Notes under the pieces: model-generated | Databases searched by the model: none | What the model was told of the DNA's origin: nothing | The model's input: the letters and a program-made list of their open reading frames with translations, nothing else | DNA from: Gammaproteobacteria bacterium | GTDB lineage: Bacteria; Pseudomonadota; Gammaproteobacteria; Eutrophobiales; Eutrophobiaceae | Length of the DNA stretch: 64,000 nt | Reading direction: 5' to 3' | Assembly (NCBI GenBank): GCA_003250975.1 | Contig: QKIY01000033.1 | Coordinates: forward strand, 14,086-78,085 | Position numbers and translations under genes: made by a program | In this document: one piece after another, positions 53,058-61,545 of the stretch | Layout of the letters: each line of letters begins with the position of its first letter | Position numbering within the stretch: position 1 is the first letter of the stretch

Positions 53058-53243
53058 GTGATTCAATACCACAGCAATGTCGCTGGGCGCAATACTATCG
53101 TCAACGTTATCGTGGAAAACCGCTTCACCCGGGCGGATGCAGTTGGCAGGCACTGCCAGGCAGGGACCAATTGTGGCTCATGCATTCCAGAGATAAAACA
53201 GTTACTTGAGGAGGCCTGTTCTGACAGTGTGGGGCATCCGTAA
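53058..53243 (+). CDS. Bfd-like [2Fe-2S]-binding mini-protein (degenerate; doubtful)
   Basis: GRHCQAGTNCGSCIPEIKQLLEE resembles the C-terminal half of bacterioferritin-associated ferredoxin. The N-terminal CxC is replaced by H/N. A terminator follows. Confidence 0.35.
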   Translation: MIQYHSNVAGRNTIVNVIVENRFTRADAVGRHCQAGTNCGSCIPEIKQLLEEACSDSVGHP

Positions 53244-53323
53244 ACAAGCCTTTTATCACACCTCACCCATAGACAGATAGCCGGCAAATGCAGGTGTGAT
53301 GACGGCGCATCCCTGCACCGTAA

Positions 53324-53350
53324 CGGGATCCTATCCCGGAGTTTTTTATT
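53324..53350 (+). terminator. rho-independent terminator-like hairpin downstream of the Bfd-like ORF
   Basis: cgggat-cct-atcccg stem-loop followed by a TTTTTT run. Confidence 0.45.
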
Positions 53351-53681
53351 CGGCCATGGCTTTGGCGCCCTTCAAGGCCAGGGCACGCACGGAGGTTGAT
53401 GCAGGCTTTGCCTTGATCATAATATCTTCCCCCGTAAACGGGTTTCTCCCCGGTCTGGCCTTGGTGGCCGGTTTTCTGACAGTTTTCATTTTTACACCCA
53501 GCTCAGGGACAACGAAGACGCCGCAACCCCTAGGCTTGAGGTGTCGTCTCGCCTGATCGGCCAGTGACACCAGAACAGCCTTGACATCTTTCTTGGATAC
53601 CCCCGTTGCCTCAGAAATCTCAGCAATGATCTGGGCCTTTGTTTGACGTTCGCTGAACGCCGTCATTTTTGAATTAGACAT
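53346..53681 (-). CDS. HU/IHF-family DNA-binding protein
   Basis: GRNPFTGEDIMIKA arm motif. An AAGGAG RBS sits 5 nt upstream of the ATG at 53681 (MSNSKM...). Confidence 0.7.
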   Translation of the reverse strand: MSNSKMTAFSERQTKAQIIAEISEATGVSKKDVKAVLVSLADQARRHLKPRGCGVFVVPELGVKMKTVRKPATKARPGRNPFTGEDIMIKAKPASTSVRALALKGAKAMAE

Positions 53682-53817
53682 ATTATCTCCTTGGACGAAA
53701 TTAAAGAGCCGTGCGAAAGCCAAATAATAACAGAATTACATTACTGTTCAAAAATACATCTCGTTTGACCGGACGCGACCTGCAAAAACCATACATTAAT
53801 AATATATCCCCGTTGTG

Positions 53818-54825
53818 CTAAAACAACAGGTATTCGAAAAAGGCGTCACTCCACTGCCCCCTGCGCTCCAGGGTAAATCGTGTCAGTTCACTGAGAATAC
53901 GATTCGAATTCCTGCGCAGGGTCTCGTAGTCCGGAAGGCTGGTCCGGTTCAGTTCATCCAGGGTAGCAGGGGTTGTTGTAACAAGTTTCTCCCGCACCTC
54001 TTTCCTGTTCATCTGTTCCATAAAGAATTCATAGGGGGCAATAAATTCCCCAAAGCAGCTATCATCATTCATTCGATAGACAAACTCTATTCGCTGCATC
54101 ATGGTGAGGTGCAGGTGTTTATGCAACCAGCCAATCTTGTCCTGTGTTTCCTTGCTGCATTCCCCCAGCAAGAAGATCAGGGCTGCAAACATGGGGATAC
54201 GTCCGTTCCTGAGCTTTACATTGCGCATGTACCAGCTGTCTATCGGGTCATGTGACAAATCAAATTGATGCCAGCTACAGTAGGAGCGGAGATAACGTAT
54301 GAGATCATTCAGCAGATAGACCCATTCCTTACGCTGGTCATTGGCAAGAAACCCGGCAGCGTAACGTTCGAGCAGCGCATATCTGAGATTGTTGAACTCC
54401 ACATGACCGTATACCGGCGTTGAATCAAGCAGGATTTGCAGTCGCTTGCCGAACACATCCTTGTCATCCGCCACCTGCCCCAGGGTACTGTAATCACAGA
54501 TCTGTTCCTGGCTCGCTGGCGTCGAATAGATTCCGGACGACTTCGGCATGGGCAGACCAAGCGGCTCGAGTGCGTTCCAGACGTCCTGCATGGCACACCC
54601 TGATCGCCGCTTATCCTTAACAGCCTCATGCTTAATCAGGACGATCAGATCACAATCCGAATGGCCCATTCCCTCCAGCCTCCCAATTGAACCTGATGGT
54701 GCAACAATCAGCACATCCGGATTCCTGTCCGCCACGGGCTTGAGCAGGTCCTCCATCTGTTTGAGAGTTTTAACAGACCACTGGCGCGCGTAATTAAGGG
54801 TCGGGTAACCGGACAAGTCTAGCAT
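53818..54825 (-). CDS. stand-alone GlnE/GlnD-like nucleotidyltransferase-domain protein
   Basis: Pol-beta-type NTase motif PSGSIGRLEGMGHSDCDLIVLI (G[GS]x9-SDxDL), closest in pattern to the GlnE/GlnD G.LGR.EL..SD.DL signature. The remaining roughly 270 aa are helical. Confidence 0.5.
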   Translation of the reverse strand: MLDLSGYPTLNYARQWSVKTLKQMEDLLKPVADRNPDVLIVAPSGSIGRLEGMGHSDCDLIVLIKHEAVKDKRRSGCAMQDVWNALEPLGLPMPKSSGIYSTPASQEQICDYSTLGQVADDKDVFGKRLQILLDSTPVYGHVEFNNLRYALLERYAAGFLANDQRKEWVYLLNDLIRYLRSYCSWHQFDLSHDPIDSWYMRNVKLRNGRIPMFAALIFLLGECSKETQDKIGWLHKHLHLTMMQRIEFVYRMNDDSCFGEFIAPYEFFMEQMNRKEVREKLVTTTPATLDELNRTSLPDYETLRRNSNRILSELTRFTLERRGQWSDAFFEYLLF

Positions 54826-54835
54826 GAGAATTATT

Positions 54836-55840
54836 TTATTGGGGTAATGGATAATGTTCCATCAGATAACACAGACAATCCTTGCGAATTACTTCAGTAT
54901 CCAGGGTGATCATGGCAGGGATAATCGGCTTGCTCGTTACCAGCCTGCTATCAATGATTGAGAAATAGTCCTGGCTGACGTCAGTGCCTTGCTCATTTGT
55001 GACACTTAACGGGATTTCTTTACTACCAGCGATCTTGCCAATGGTGGTGCCCATCGGCAGTTCCCGAAAGTTGAAGTATTCGATCTCGCTATCCAGCCAC
55101 AGATCATAATCCTGGTGATCAAATCCGAACCGGTATTCACCGGGGATTTTAACGGTGGCAACGGTGTGATAAAGATCGATATCCCTGTTACCCAGTTGGC
55201 GATGGGGAAATTGATCCAGGTGCAGACAGGCATTAACAAATTCACAGGCATGATCAATCCCGCTAATGTCACCGGATAATCCACACTCTACGGTTACTGC
55301 CGGACACAGATCGGCAAATGCCATGCTCTGCACACCCAGGGGACGAATAAAATAGACCATGGTACGGGAGAACAAAATTCCAAGCTGGAGAAAATCGTTT
55401 TCCGTTTTATTGACACAGGCATAATGAGGATTCTTACCGGTGTTGTTATGAATATCGATACTTATGAACACATCACGACATTTCATCTCGTCCTGAATCT
55501 GCTGCATCATCCGGTATTCCGGCGTATCGCCGTTTCCCTGCCATATGCGATTGAAATCGGCCTGACCATCAAGAAAGCGTTTACCATAACGTGCTGCCTG
55601 AACATTGCCGATAAAAACAGAAAGAGAACGTGGCAGTTTACGTTCTGTGTAATCTAGTAATAATTTTCGCACTGCCTCCCAGCCGGTATGCTCATTACCA
55701 TGCAATAACACGGAAATAAACACCGGTTGCTTTCTGCGGCCCTGAAGATGGATCAGAGTCGGGCCCGATAACCTGCTGTATAACTGTTCGGCCGGTAACA
55801 GCAGGATATCGTCATTGATTGAATCAAGGACCGTCAGCAT
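54836..55840 (-). CDS. AstE/AspA-family (succinylglutamate desuccinylase/aspartoacylase-like) zinc deacylase
   Basis: LLHGNEHTG zinc-binding motif and the downstream DFNR motif. Confidence 0.6.
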   Translation of the reverse strand: MLTVLDSINDDILLLPAEQLYSRLSGPTLIHLQGRRKQPVFISVLLHGNEHTGWEAVRKLLLDYTERKLPRSLSVFIGNVQAARYGKRFLDGQADFNRIWQGNGDTPEYRMMQQIQDEMKCRDVFISIDIHNNTGKNPHYACVNKTENDFLQLGILFSRTMVYFIRPLGVQSMAFADLCPAVTVECGLSGDISGIDHACEFVNACLHLDQFPHRQLGNRDIDLYHTVATVKIPGEYRFGFDHQDYDLWLDSEIEYFNFRELPMGTTIGKIAGSKEIPLSVTNEQGTDVSQDYFSIIDSRLVTSKPIIPAMITLDTEVIRKDCLCYLMEHYPLPQ

Positions 55841-57256
55841 TTACACATCCCACTCGTGAACCGGGGCCCCCTTATGCTGGTGTTCAAGGTAGGCCTTGCT
55901 CAGTTGATTCATGTCCTTGCCATATTTCTCAACCCACCGTCGCTGCCAGACTGCGCCATTTTGCCCGCTGGTAATGCGTGCCTCTATCACGGAAAGGTAT
56001 TTTTTCCTGCTGTCATCCGCTATGCCGAGTTTCAGCAACCCGTTATCTGCTGCTGTCAATAGTTGCCCCTGAATCAGCTCATCTACCGGATATTGTTGTC
56101 CATCCAGCCAGTGCAAAGATGACCTTAGGCCATAACGTGCAGCATTGTAGAAATTTTGCCTGACAATCGGAAACTCAAGCAGTTGTTCAGGAGGCTGTGT
56201 CATTGTGGCGGTATAGTGCAATAGCCCCCAGTAAAATGCCGCGTTGGCAATCATGTCGATGATTGAGGGTCCTGAAGGAACGACGCGATTTTCAATCCTC
56301 AGGTGAATATTACCCTCTCTGTCAAAACCTACTAATGGCCGGTTCCAGCGCCAGATTGTCCCGTTATGCAATCTTAGATGATACAGCTCGGCTTCATTTA
56401 GCTTGCTGTTCAAGGGGATCAGGATGGCATAGTTGTTAAGATTTTCCTCAAAACAGGAAAATAGGGAACCCCTCACATAATCATGTCCAAAGGTAACCCG
56501 CTTGTTTTTTTCCAGGCCAACGTCCACTGACTGTTCAAACAAGCGAATACGTGTTTCATCCCAAAGATCACAACCAAATAGGTAGGGTGAGTTAGCGCTG
56601 GCGGCAACAAGTGGAGCAGAAATAACCTGTGCCGCATTATACGTTCGCACAGCCTCATCCTGTGCCACCTGATAATGAATCTGGAGGGACGTAGTAGCCG
56701 CTTCAAGCATGACATCATGATGTACGGTATTTAGATGGTCCTTGCCACGGATATTCAGGGTCAGCGGGACACCATTACGCATTGCCAGTACCTGCTCATT
56801 CAATGCGCGGTAACGCTGACTGGTTGACATATGTTGGACGGTGAGTTCCCCGTCGACAATGCCCGGATGGATCCCGATGGCCATGACATCCGCGTCCAGG
56901 CTACCTGCTACCTGGTAACAGCGCTCCCAGGTCGCTGACAACTCGGCATGCAGTTTGTCCAGGGCGTCATTTTTCAGCACCTGTGGCTCAACATTGATTT
57001 CAAAATTGAATTGCGCCAGTTCATGCACGACCTTGGGATGGTTCAATGTGTGGAGAAATTTTTCATTTAAAGGTACAGGAACTGCTTCTCTGTTTACCAA
57101 CCAGGCCTCTACTTCAAATCCACCTGTATTATGGGCACAGGCAAATCGATTATCGCGAAAATACTGTTGCAGGATACTGGTCTCGGATCGCAGATATTCC
57201 TGGAAAGCACTGAAATCATGCTTGGTGAACTTACTGGTTGGTATTTCCTGCCCCAT
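55841..57256 (-). CDS. glutamate-cysteine-ligase-family (GshA-like) carboxylate-amine ligase
   Basis: 471 aa. Segments LQIHYQV and LRIENRVVPSGPSIIDMIANAAFYWGL parallel E. coli GshA ISGVHYNF and [30 protein letters not shown]. Its stop abuts the start of the deacylase gene. Confidence 0.55.
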   Translation of the reverse strand: MGQEIPTSKFTKHDFSAFQEYLRSETSILQQYFRDNRFACAHNTGGFEVEAWLVNREAVPVPLNEKFLHTLNHPKVVHELAQFNFEINVEPQVLKNDALDKLHAELSATWERCYQVAGSLDADVMAIGIHPGIVDGELTVQHMSTSQRYRALNEQVLAMRNGVPLTLNIRGKDHLNTVHHDVMLEAATTSLQIHYQVAQDEAVRTYNAAQVISAPLVAASANSPYLFGCDLWDETRIRLFEQSVDVGLEKNKRVTFGHDYVRGSLFSCFEENLNNYAILIPLNSKLNEAELYHLRLHNGTIWRWNRPLVGFDREGNIHLRIENRVVPSGPSIIDMIANAAFYWGLLHYTATMTQPPEQLLEFPIVRQNFYNAARYGLRSSLHWLDGQQYPVDELIQGQLLTAADNGLLKLGIADDSRKKYLSVIEARITSGQNGAVWQRRWVEKYGKDMNQLSKAYLEHQHKGAPVHEWDV

Positions 57257-57325
57257 AATTGATCAACATTAATTTTATTCGATTGTAGCGGTGAAGCCGG
57301 ATGATTCAAATAGTATCATTTCAAT

Positions 57326-58087
57326 ATGATTCGAGGCGTATTACTTGATCTCAGTGGTGTTCTTTATATAGAAGACTGTCGTCTGCCGGGCGCGAAAACA
57401 GCAATTAACAAACTGATCCAGGCCGGCCTGCCGGTACGATATATCACCAATACGACCCGCAAGACCACTAGAACCGTACTCAGACAAATGACAGATATGC
57501 AGTTCTATATAAAACCTGATGAACTGTTTACAGCATCCGTTGCCGCCAGGAACTATCTCAAACAGCATGGCCTGAGGCCGTATCTGCTGATACATCCTGC
57601 ACTGGAGGAAGAATTTGCGGATTTCGATCAAGCAGGAGCTATTAATGCAGTCCTAATCGGAGACGCGGCGCAAGGTTTTACCTATGCACGAATGAACAGG
57701 GCATTCCGTTATCTTATGGACGGCGCAGAATTTCTTGCCCTGGGTATCAACCGCTATTTCAGGGAGTCGGATGGCCTCAGTCTGGATGCCGGGCCGTTTG
57801 TACAGGCATTGGAATATGCAACAGGAAGGCAGGCGAATGTAATCGGCAAACCTTCAGCTGATTTCTATATGAGTGCAGTCGGCAGCATGGGATGCGATGC
57901 GAGCGATGTCATGATGGTAGGCGATGATGTGGAGTCGGATGTGAACGGCGCCATCAGGGCCGGCCTGCAGGGTCTGCTGGTAATGACAGGGAAATTCACT
58001 GCTGAAGACGAAGGAAAGATCCTTCCGGGCGGTCTGTGCTGTGCCGATATCAGCGAGGCAGTAGAAACTATCCTGCAACTGGCCTGA
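57326..58087 (+). CDS. HAD-superfamily subfamily IIA hydrolase
   Basis: LLDLSGVL (DxD-type motif I), IITNTT and a C-terminal GDD motif. Confidence 0.65.
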   Translation: MIRGVLLDLSGVLYIEDCRLPGAKTAINKLIQAGLPVRYITNTTRKTTRTVLRQMTDMQFYIKPDELFTASVAARNYLKQHGLRPYLLIHPALEEEFADFDQAGAINAVLIGDAAQGFTYARMNRAFRYLMDGAEFLALGINRYFRESDGLSLDAGPFVQALEYATGRQANVIGKPSADFYMSAVGSMGCDASDVMMVGDDVESDVNGAIRAGLQGLLVMTGKFTAEDEGKILPGGLCCADISEAVETILQLA

Positions 58088-58147
58088 ATTTACTGCCCGG
58101 TCATCTGCGATGTTATGATCGCGCTGTCCACGTTAAGGAATACTACA

Positions 58148-59032
58148 ATGAAAATAACCACATTCCTGTATAAAGACTCTGAATATGTGGGGGCCGTACT
58201 GGATGAAGCCGTTGTCCCCTTCGATCTAGCGGCACCTATCAGCATGAACCGGTTTCTTGCCGGGGGAGATTTGCTCCAGGACCGTCTGCAGCAAAAGATA
58301 GATTCCGGCAAAGAACAACTTCCCCTGTCGGAAGTGAAGTTGCTGGCCCCCGTTCCGCGGCCTACCAAGTATTTTGGCGTGAGCCTGAATTACGCCGACC
58401 ATATCGAGGAAACCGGGCTGGAACGCCCCGAATATCCCACCTTTTTCAACAAACAGGTCAGTTGCGTCATCGGTCCCGGGCAAGCCATACACCGGCCGAA
58501 CATTTCGGAAAAACTCGACTATGAGGGTGAGCTGGGCCTGGTGATTGGTCGCCGCTGCCGCCACGTCAGCCGGGAACAGGCGAAGGGCGTTATCGGCGCC
58601 TACACGATCTGCAACGACGTGTCGGTGCGTGACTGGCAGATGCGTTCACACACCTGGACGCTAGGCAAATCATTCGACACACACGGGCCAATAGGTCCCT
58701 GGCTGGTCACCACGGACGAGATCGGTGATCCGCATACCCTAGACATCAAGACCTGGGTCAATGATGAGCAACGGCAATCCTCCAATACGGATCAGTTGAT
58801 CTTCGATTGCTACTACTTGGTGGAATACCTTTCCAGGGTCATGACACTGGAACCAGGCGACATTATCGCCACCGGGACCAGCAGCGGTGTCGGTGTCAAG
58901 ATGAAACCGCGCGGTTATATGCATCCCGGCGATACAGTGCGCGTTGAAGTGGAGAAGATCGGGGTCCTTGAGAACCCGGTGATCCAGGAACCGGACGATA
59001 CAGCATTTATCGACCCGCCCCTGGCTACATAA
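58148..59032 (+). CDS. fumarylacetoacetate hydrolase (FAH)-family hydratase/isomerase
   Basis: FAH-domain layout. A GGAA RBS sits before the ATG at 58148, so the longer ORF-track start is rejected. Confidence 0.65.
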   Translation: MKITTFLYKDSEYVGAVLDEAVVPFDLAAPISMNRFLAGGDLLQDRLQQKIDSGKEQLPLSEVKLLAPVPRPTKYFGVSLNYADHIEETGLERPEYPTFFNKQVSCVIGPGQAIHRPNISEKLDYEGELGLVIGRRCRHVSREQAKGVIGAYTICNDVSVRDWQMRSHTWTLGKSFDTHGPIGPWLVTTDEIGDPHTLDIKTWVNDEQRQSSNTDQLIFDCYYLVEYLSRVMTLEPGDIIATGTSSGVGVKMKPRGYMHPGDTVRVEVEKIGVLENPVIQEPDDTAFIDPPLAT

Positions 59033-59033
59033 T

Positions 59034-59621
59034 TTATTGTTCCGGGTTTAGCATCTGCAGTAGTGACTGGATCTGTGCCAGCCGTTGCAAGGGGTCATCA
59101 GTCTCCAGCAAGGCTTGTTTTTCATCGAGGTCCAGTGGCAATAACTCGGCCAGGCGGCAACTGACCCAGCCAGCATCCAAGTATTTTTCCGGCCCGGTCA
59201 GGTGGGAGAGGTCAAATTTCTCGGCGATCTGCCGGAGCAGGTCCGAGAGTAAGTGGAATTCAACCGGCAACTCCTCATCTTCATTCTCATCCATGACCTC
59301 GACATCACCTTCCAGCAGGCCGTTTGGCCGCAGCCGTTTTTCGATGATCTGGAAACGCCTGCCGCCCTTGACGGTGATCCGGAGTACGCCATCTTCGTCC
59401 TGGCCCCAGTCAATAATATGGGCAAAGGTCCCGATAGTGTGGCATTCGGCTGGCTCGCCAACCTCTTTCCCTTCACGAATCAAACAGATACCAAAGCAAC
59501 TCTCTGAACGTAAAGACTCACTAACCATGTCTAGATAACGGCTCTCAAATACCCTCAGGGGCAGCAGGCCCTCCGGGAAGAGGACGGTATTGAGAGGGAA
59601 AAGAGGCAGATTTTTCAGCAT
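59034..59621 (-). CDS. Lon N-terminal (LON substrate-binding) domain protein
   Basis: LPLFPLNTVLFPEGLLPLRVFESRYLDMV is the hallmark of the Lon N-domain. About 195 aa with no ATPase or protease domains. Confidence 0.7.
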   Translation of the reverse strand: MLKNLPLFPLNTVLFPEGLLPLRVFESRYLDMVSESLRSESCFGICLIREGKEVGEPAECHTIGTFAHIIDWGQDEDGVLRITVKGGRRFQIIEKRLRPNGLLEGDVEVMDENEDEELPVEFHLLSDLLRQIAEKFDLSHLTGPEKYLDAGWVSCRLAELLPLDLDEKQALLETDDPLQRLAQIQSLLQMLNPEQ

Positions 59622-60976
59622 GTTTCCTGTAGTCGGCTGATCAGTTTCTGGTGAATCCCGCCAAAGGAGCCATTACTCATAATGACGATCTGATCACCGG
59701 GCTGGGTCATATTGGCAACCGCCTCAACGATGTCATCAATACTGGAATATACCACCCGCTTCTCCCCCAGGCTGCTGGTGGCTTGATCGATATCCCACTG
59801 AATATTTGTAGGCCGAAACAAAAGCACCTGGTCGGCCAGGGCAAAAGCGGAGGCCAGTGTGGCCTTGTGCACCCCCTGGCGCATGGTATTGGAGCGCGGC
59901 TCCATGATAGCAATGATCCGGCGCTGTCCTGCCCGGGCACGCAAGGCCTCCAGGGTTACCCGGATGGCCGTGGGATGGTGGGCAAAGTCATCATAGACCG
60001 AAATCCCGTTAATTGTTTCTAAATGTTCCAATCTTCGCCTAACATTCACGAAACTCGCTAATGCCTCACACACTTCGCCGGCTGTTATACCAACATGCCC
60101 AGCAGCAGCAGCGGTGGCTAGGGCATTCAATGCATTATGCCTGCCATACAGGTCCCACCGGATGATCCCTCCCGGCTGGCCGTCCACTACGAGCTCGAAA
60201 TCACTGAAATCATCCTGCAAGGGTTTAGCGCGCCAACGGGCCTTGTCTTCGCCAAAATATTCAACCGGAGTCCAGCAGCCCTCTGCCAGGAGGCGCTGGA
60301 TCTCGGGGTCATTGGCTTGGGCGATGATCAGACCATGCCGGGGTATAGTCCGTATCAGGCGATGAAATTCGCGCCTGATATCGGCAATATCAGCGAAGAT
60401 GTCTGCATGATCGAACTCGATATTATTAATAATGAGCGTCCGTGGGTGATAATGGATAAATTTTGAGCGCTTATCAAAAAACGCCGTATCATATTCATCG
60501 GCCTCGACTACAAAGTATTTCTCCTGACCCAGTCGGGCCGATACACCGAAGTTTCCCGGCACGCCACCAATCAAAAAACCGGGGCTCAGACCCTCCACCT
60601 CCAGCGTCCAGGCCAGCATAGAGGCCGTGGTCGTCTTGCCGTGGGTGCCCGCAACAGCAAGGACATGGCGGCCTGCCAGGACATTCTCATACAGCCATTG
60701 CGGGCCAGAGATATAACGCAGACCTGCATCCAGCATGTGTTCCACGCAGGGGTTTCCTCGAGACATGGCATTGCCCACAATCACCAGGTCGGGCGCCGGC
60801 TCCAGATGCATCGGGTCATAACCCTCGCAGAGGATGATCCCCTGCTCCATTAACTGGGTACTCATGGGGGGATAAACATTGCTATCCGAACCACTGACCT
60901 CATGACCCAATTCGCGTGCCAGCAGGGCCAGGCCGCCCATGAAGGTGCCACAGACACCGAGGATGTGAATTTTCAT
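59615..60976 (-). CDS. mpl: UDP-N-acetylmuramate:L-alanyl-gamma-D-glutamyl-meso-DAP ligase
   Basis: MKIHILGVCGTFMGGLALLAR N-terminus matches Mpl, and the Mur-ligase domain has GTHGKTTT. The 82-aa N-terminal extension in the ORF track is rejected. Confidence 0.85.
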   Translation of the reverse strand: MKIHILGVCGTFMGGLALLARELGHEVSGSDSNVYPPMSTQLMEQGIILCEGYDPMHLEPAPDLVIVGNAMSRGNPCVEHMLDAGLRYISGPQWLYENVLAGRHVLAVAGTHGKTTTASMLAWTLEVEGLSPGFLIGGVPGNFGVSARLGQEKYFVVEADEYDTAFFDKRSKFIHYHPRTLIINNIEFDHADIFADIADIRREFHRLIRTIPRHGLIIAQANDPEIQRLLAEGCWTPVEYFGEDKARWRAKPLQDDFSDFELVVDGQPGGIIRWDLYGRHNALNALATAAAAGHVGITAGEVCEALASFVNVRRRLEHLETINGISVYDDFAHHPTAIRVTLEALRARAGQRRIIAIMEPRSNTMRQGVHKATLASAFALADQVLLFRPTNIQWDIDQATSSLGEKRVVYSSIDDIVEAVANMTQPGDQIVIMSNGSFGGIHQKLISRLQETC

Positions 60977-61497
60977 TGCGACTCCAGGATGGGTAACAGC
61001 ACTGAAATCAGCGTGGAGGTAATCACGATGTAGATTATGGCAAACACGATTCCAAAACCCAATGTGGTCGTCAGAGCATGGCGCAGGATATGGCCCATCA
61101 CCAGGATGTTCCAGAACAACAAGGCAAGATAGCCCAGCACTGCCACAGCCTGTAACAGGCCACCGGGTTGTGTGAGCAGTCCACTGTAAAGTAGCGGTAT
61201 GGCAAACAGGCTGATGATACAACCCGTACCGAAGATCGCAGTTAGCGTCTGCTGCAGGCGTTCAAAGTGACGGTTCAATTGCAGGATAACTAATGTGATT
61301 AGAGCAACCAGTGCAAGTTCCACCATACTGCTCAGCAGGGCTTGTTTCGGGGTTGCAGAAACAAGCATGAGCAGGCTGCTTATCAGCAGATAGGCCACTG
61401 CCGATACAGCCAATAATTCCGGGGAGCCGGGCAAGTCCTGAGGCTTTCTGCGCAGCAGGCAGATCTCGAAAAAAAACTTGAAGAGAGTGGTCAGCAT
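60973..61497 (-). CDS. hypothetical inner-membrane protein (about 5 TM)
   Basis: 174 aa and hydrophobic throughout. Its stop overlaps the mpl start (ATGA). Confidence 0.45.
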   Translation of the reverse strand: MLTTLFKFFFEICLLRRKPQDLPGSPELLAVSAVAYLLISSLLMLVSATPKQALLSSMVELALVALITLVILQLNRHFERLQQTLTAIFGTGCIISLFAIPLLYSGLLTQPGGLLQAVAVLGYLALLFWNILVMGHILRHALTTTLGFGIVFAIIYIVITSTLISVLLPILESQ

Positions 61498-61545
61498 ACG
61501 TACTGGCTCACAGACTTATCTATGACATCGAGAGGCCGGAGCCGC

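Noticed and set aside
60977-61222. 82-aa N-terminal extension of mpl in the ORF track, with similar extensions of htpG (45459-45524), rppH (63763-63987), DoxX (18159-18245) and the FAH gene (58115-58147)
   Set aside because: Homology and RBS positions place the true starts at internal ATGs. The extensions begin at TTG/GTG or lack SD sequences, and for mpl the extension overlaps the upstream membrane-protein gene.
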